DNA of 64,000 nucleotides from Escherichia coli (GTDB lineage Bacteria; Pseudomonadota; Gammaproteobacteria; Enterobacterales; Enterobacteriaceae): NCBI RefSeq assembly GCF_030384885.1, contig NZ_CP128613.1; one strand, 5' to 3'. Shown piece by piece: positions 61,151 to 64,000 of this stretch (position 1 is its first letter; each line of letters starts with the position of its first letter). The notes under the pieces were generated by a model. It saw only the letters and a program-made list of their open reading frames with translations, ran no database searches and was not told where the DNA came from. The position numbers and the translations under genes were made by a program.

Positions 61151-61468
61151 ATGTCTAATTATGGTCTTTTCGTTAAGGGTAAAATGTTGGGAGCCCGCCA
61201 ACGTAATAAAGTTAATGGTCAGGGCTATTATAATGAAATTGGTATTGGCCTTGAAATACCTGATGGTTTTGGTGGTACAAAGCAGGATCAAATTATTATT
61301 CGAGTTTCTCAGGCTCTCGTTAACGCAGGTCTAATGAACCAGGCGAATGCTTTCATTGGGAAATTAGTTCAAATTCCTGTCTATGTCCGTGCGTGGTCAA
61401 TGGAGGGTAGGGAAGGTGTAACTTATAATGTTTCTTCCGATGGTGGCATCGCAGAGATCAAAGGTTAA
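61151..61468 (+). CDS. Candidate ssDNA-binding protein (gpV position), 105 aa
   Basis: Small ORF immediately after gII and before the gVII/gIX/gVIII block; sequence itself not confidently recognised. Confidence 0.55.
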   Translation: MSNYGLFVKGKMLGARQRNKVNGQGYYNEIGIGLEIPDGFGGTKQDQIIIRVSQALVNAGLMNQANAFIGKLVQIPVYVRAWSMEGREGVTYNVSSDGGIAEIKG

Positions 61469-61470
61469 AT

Positions 61471-61557
61471 ATGGACGATGTTATTCAAATTTTGATAGCG
61501 TCTGGCATCGTTATTTCTTTTGGCCTCGGCGCGATTACTGCGGGGGTCTTTCGTTAA
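61471..61557 (+). CDS. Minor coat protein gpVII-like (28 aa); absent from the supplied ORF track
   Basis: MDDVIQILIASGIVISFGLGAITAGVFR, small hydrophobic, resembles Ff gpVII C-terminus (..GIIAGGQR); stop overlaps next ATG (TAATG). Confidence 0.5.
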   Translation: MDDVIQILIASGIVISFGLGAITAGVFR

Positions 61558-61652
61558 TGTATATCGTTTATTTCTTCGGGGCTTATACCTTTGGTTTTGC
61601 CCTTTTCTATGCGGTCGGTTCATTTAAATCATTTTCTGACCGATTAATGTAA
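61557..61652 (+). CDS. Minor coat protein gpIX-like (31 aa); absent from the supplied ORF track as a separate gene
   Basis: MYIVYFFGAYTFGFALFYAVGSFKSFSDRLM resembles Ff gpIX (..ITYFTRLME). Confidence 0.5.
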   Translation: MYIVYFFGAYTFGFALFYAVGSFKSFSDRLM

Positions 61653-61671
61653 CCTTAATGGAGTTATTCCT

Positions 61672-61914
61672 ATGAAAATTCTGTCTACTGTTAAATATAA
61701 AGTTGCTCTGGCTTCAACTGCGCTTTTTATTTCTGCAAGTTCTTTTGCGGCTGAAGGCGCTACAGGTGGTACTGATTATGCAGGCCAGGCAATGGATGCT
61801 TTGTTGACTCAGGCAAATGATCTCATTGGTAAAGTATGGCCTGTTGTTGTGGCTGTGGTTGGCGCTGGGCTTGCCATTCGTATTTTCAAAAAATTCTCTT
61901 CAAAAGCGGTTTGA
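61672..61914 (+). CDS. Major coat protein gpVIII-like (80-aa precursor with signal peptide)
   Basis: Signal peptide ending SFAAEG, acidic N-terminus, hydrophobic core, basic C-terminus [12 protein letters not shown] (compare Ff KLFKKFTSKAS). Confidence 0.88.
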   Translation: MKILSTVKYKVALASTALFISASSFAAEGATGGTDYAGQAMDALLTQANDLIGKVWPVVVAVVGAGLAIRIFKKFSSKAV

Positions 61915-61923
61915 ATTTCACTC

Positions 61924-61947
61924 AGGGGCACTCGTTGCCCCTTTATT
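61924..61947 (+). terminator. Rho-independent terminator after gVIII (GGGGCA-loop-TGCCCC then TTTATT)
   Basis: Hairpin plus T-run directly after the major coat gene, as in Ff phages. Confidence 0.6.
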
Positions 61948-61960
61948 AAAGCGGGTTACT

Positions 61961-63211
61961 ATGAAAAGGAAAATATTAATTCTTTCCGCTGTCCTCATTT
62001 CTCCTTTTTCACATGCTGAGTCATGGGAAAGCATTACTAAATCCACTTATCAAAGTTCTGCCTATGCTGAAAGTAAGCAAATAACCAATCAGGATGGCTC
62101 TAAGATAACGGTTTACTATATTGATGCTGCTATGCAGGCCTCCGCTTGTCAGGGTGCTAAATCCAGTGCTCAGAGTGTATTTACTCGGATTAAACCAACT
62201 TATGAGGGTATCTGGCCTGATTCTGAATTCCGTCTTGTTTTTACTGGCGATTGTACTTACAGCGATTCACCAGGGCAGAAGGATAAATATTGGTCTTTAA
62301 CGGCTTATATTGTTGGTAATATTCAGCGTTCTGTTCCTGATGAAAAACCTACTGACCCGACACCAGAAGAAATTTGTGAAGCGAAGCCGCCAGAAGAAGG
62401 TGTATTTAATAATGTTGATTCATATGATGGTGGTCGCTATATCTACTATAACGGCTGTGAATATGAGGCTACTGGTGTCATTGTTTGTCAGGGTGATGGT
62501 ACTGTTTGCGCTGCAACATGGAAGCCTACAGGTGCTGTAGCTGACCCCTCTGATAAACCCTCAACCCCCCAAAATGGTGGTGGTGAGTCTGGCGGTGGTG
62601 AGTCCGGCGGTGGTGAGTCCGGTGGTGGTGAGTCTGGCGGTGGTGAGTCCGGTGGCGGTAGTTCTGGCGGTGGCTCTAGTGGTTCCAGTCTTTCTAAAGG
62701 TGATATTCAGTCTGCGATCGAAGGTGCTTCACCCAAAATAGCCAGCGATATTCATGATAAATTAACGGAGAAAGACACTTCATCAGATGATAAAAAAAAT
62801 GCCGATGAACAAACCAGGAATAATATAAATCGTCTTGACGATTCCATTAACAATCTTACGCGGGGGGCTGGCCGTTTTGCTGACCCTTCAGGTGGTGATT
62901 CTCGTTATGGAAAGGGCGACTCTGAATTAGATGGCGCTTCTACTTTAGCTGATTCTGAATTGGGAATTGAAAAGGATTCTCACGGTGCTTTATGGGAAGC
63001 ATTTTTAAATAAAGGTGCTATGCTGCCTAATTTACCCAATGGTAACGGCTGCTCTGATTTTATTATTTTTCCCGGAGAGGTTTATCAGATTGATATTGGT
63101 TGCGATAAATTACTGACTATTAAAGATGTTCTTTCATGGGTTTTTTATTGCCTTACGTTCTGGTATGTCTTTACTTCTTTAACTTCATTGCTTCGCAAAG
63201 GGGGTGAGTGA
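61961..63211 (+). CDS. Adsorption protein gpIII-like (416 aa): signal peptide, N-terminal receptor domain, TolA-binding N1-like domain, Gly-rich linker, C-terminal anchor domain
   Basis: [19 protein letters not shown] signal; [23 protein letters not shown] resembles Ff N1 (GCLWNATGVVVCTGDETQCYGTW); GGGES x5 linker; C-terminus IDIGCDKL...[17 protein letters not shown] resembles Ff g3p C-terminus. Confidence 0.85.
   Translation: MKRKILILSAVLISPFSHAESWESITKSTYQSSAYAESKQITNQDGSKITVYYIDAAMQASACQGAKSSAQSVFTRIKPTYEGIWPDSEFRLVFTGDCTYSDSPGQKDKYWSLTAYIVGNIQRSVPDEKPTDPTPEEICEAKPPEEGVFNNVDSYDGGRYIYYNGCEYEATGVIVCQGDGTVCAATWKPTGAVADPSDKPSTPQNGGGESGGGESGGGESGGGESGGGESGGGSSGGGSSGSSLSKGDIQSAIEGASPKIASDIHDKLTEKDTSSDDKKNADEQTRNNINRLDDSINNLTRGAGRFADPSGGDSRYGKGDSELDGASTLADSELGIEKDSHGALWEAFLNKGAMLPNLPNGNGCSDFIIFPGEVYQIDIGCDKLLTIKDVLSWVFYCLTFWYVFTSLTSLLRKGGE
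62576..62689 (+). repeat. Tandem 15-nt repeats (GGTGGTGAGTCYGGY) encoding the (GGGES)5[13 protein letters not shown] linker of gpIII
   Basis: Five consecutive near-identical 15-mers read directly from the sequence. Confidence 0.8.
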
Positions 63212-63552
63212 TGCCTTTATTATTAGGTATTCCTGCATTGTTGCGTTTTCTTATTGGTCTTGTTCCTTTGTTTATTGGCTATGTGGCGAGTTTTTTAGCT
63301 CGACTTGCTACCAGAACAGGATTAATTGCCTTTGCATTGGTCGCATTAATTACAACAACTGTTACGCTTTTAATGCAGTACCTTGCTGAGGTCATGTATA
63401 ACGGTTTACCTGCTGATTTCTCCCATTTAATGGCGTCTGTATTGCCTGACCATTTTCAGGCGTGTGTTAACGTTATTATGGTTACTCGTATCAGTGTTTT
63501 TGTTTTCGATTTAAAACAAAAATTTCTTGATTATGCAAACAGGGTGATTTAA
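63211..63552 (+). CDS. Minor coat protein gpVI-like (113 aa)
   Basis: [17 protein letters not shown]... resembles Ff gpVI (MPVLLGIPLLLRFLGFL...; ...FDVKQKI vs FDLKQKF); ATG overlaps the gIII stop (TGATG). Confidence 0.85.
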   Translation: MPLLLGIPALLRFLIGLVPLFIGYVASFLARLATRTGLIAFALVALITTTVTLLMQYLAEVMYNGLPADFSHLMASVLPDHFQACVNVIMVTRISVFVFDLKQKFLDYANRVI

Positions 63553-64000
63553 ATGGCGGTTTATGTAGTAACAGGCAAATTAGGCTCAGGCAAGACACTT
63601 GTTAGTGTTTCCAGAATACAGGAAAGACTTGCTAAGGGTTGTCCTGTTGCCACTAATCTTGATCTTAAATTGCATAATATGCCTATGGTTGGGCGTTATG
63701 CGAAAAAAACGCGCGTTATTCGCATTCCTGACAAACCTTCATTAAATGATTTACTTGCTATTGGTACTGGGAATACATCTTACGATGAATCCCGTAATGG
63801 CCTCCTTGTACTTGATGAATGTGGTACTTGGTTTAATTCCCGCTCATGGGGTGATAAAGACAGGCAACCTGTTATTGACTGGTTTTTACATGCCAGAAAA
63901 TTAGGCTGGGATATTATATTTTTGATTCAGGATATTTCGATAATGGATAAGCAAGCTCGTCTGGCGCTTGCTGAGCATGTTGTTTATTGTCGCCGTTCAG
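63553..64000 (+). CDS. Assembly ATPase gpI-like (Zot family), N-terminal 149 codons; continues beyond window
   Basis: MAVYVVTGKLGSGKTLVSV... with Walker A GKLGSGKT and strong similarity to Ff gpI as recalled (LLVLDECGTWFN, DWFLHARKLGWDIIFL, AEHVVYCRR). Confidence 0.9.
   Translation, partial: MAVYVVTGKLGSGKTLVSVSRIQERLAKGCPVATNLDLKLHNMPMVGRYAKKTRVIRIPDKPSLNDLLAIGTGNTSYDESRNGLLVLDECGTWFNSRSWGDKDRQPVIDWFLHARKLGWDIIFLIQDISIMDKQARLALAEHVVYCRRS

Larger units (their letters stand above)
58113..64000 (+). mobile_element. Filamentous (Inoviridae, Ff/IKe-like) prophage integrated at dif (Xer-exploiting integrative element); right end lies beyond the window
   Basis: Ff-like gene order gII-gX-gV-gVII-gIX-gVIII-gIII-gVI-gI with recognisable coat proteins; dif-derived junction at left; AT-rich relative to the flanking chromosome. 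Confidence 0.85.

Noticed and set aside
61428-61652. 74-aa ORF in the phage gV-gVIII gap
   Set aside because: It is a composite of the gV 3' end in another frame and the small gIX reading frame; better explained as separate gVII (61471-61557) and gIX (61557-61652) micro-genes.
61817-61960. N-terminal extension of gIII overlapping gVIII
   Set aside because: Overlaps the major coat gene and the terminator; the signal-peptide-bearing start at 61961 fits Ff gene organisation.
62576-62689. Tandem repeats considered as possible CRISPR or VNTR
   Set aside because: They are in-frame 15-nt units encoding the Gly/Ser/Glu linker of gpIII; there are no spacers and no cas genes.

Overview
This window is an Escherichia coli terminus-region chromosome segment (the K-12 b1595 to b1507 interval, in reverse orientation), carrying at its right end a filamentous (inovirus) prophage inserted at the chromosomal dif site 77 bp downstream of hipA. 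The backbone runs ynfL'-mlc-ynfK-clcB-dmsD-ynfHGFE-ynfDC-speG-ynfBA-rspAB-ydfJ-ydfI-ydfZ-ydfH-ydfG-dcp-ydeJ-ydeI-dgcZ-mgtS-ydeE-eamA-marBAR/marC-sotB-yneK-yneJ-sad-glsB-yneG-dgcF-uxaB-yneE-tam-lsrGFBDCA/lsrRK-autotransporter-hipBA. Gene identities are from my recollection of the E. coli proteins and synteny, not from a database search. Differences from the K-12 reference as I recall it: the Qin prophage is absent (ydfJ is intact), the yneO/ydeK autotransporter is a full-length 1806-aa ORF, and clcB is split by a -1 frameshift. The prophage (58113 to beyond the window end) has an Ff-like morphogenesis block gII-(gX)-gV-gVII-gIX-gVIII-gIII-gVI-gI. Between the dif-derived junction and the replication gene sits a minus-strand three-gene cargo module: a small ribbon-helix-helix-like protein, a 4-TM membrane protein, and a 309-aa protein with a C-terminal HEPN-type Rx5H motif. 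I consider this cargo module the best candidate for an undescribed phage-borne defence or abortive-infection/toxin system. No tRNA, rRNA or CRISPR array was found.
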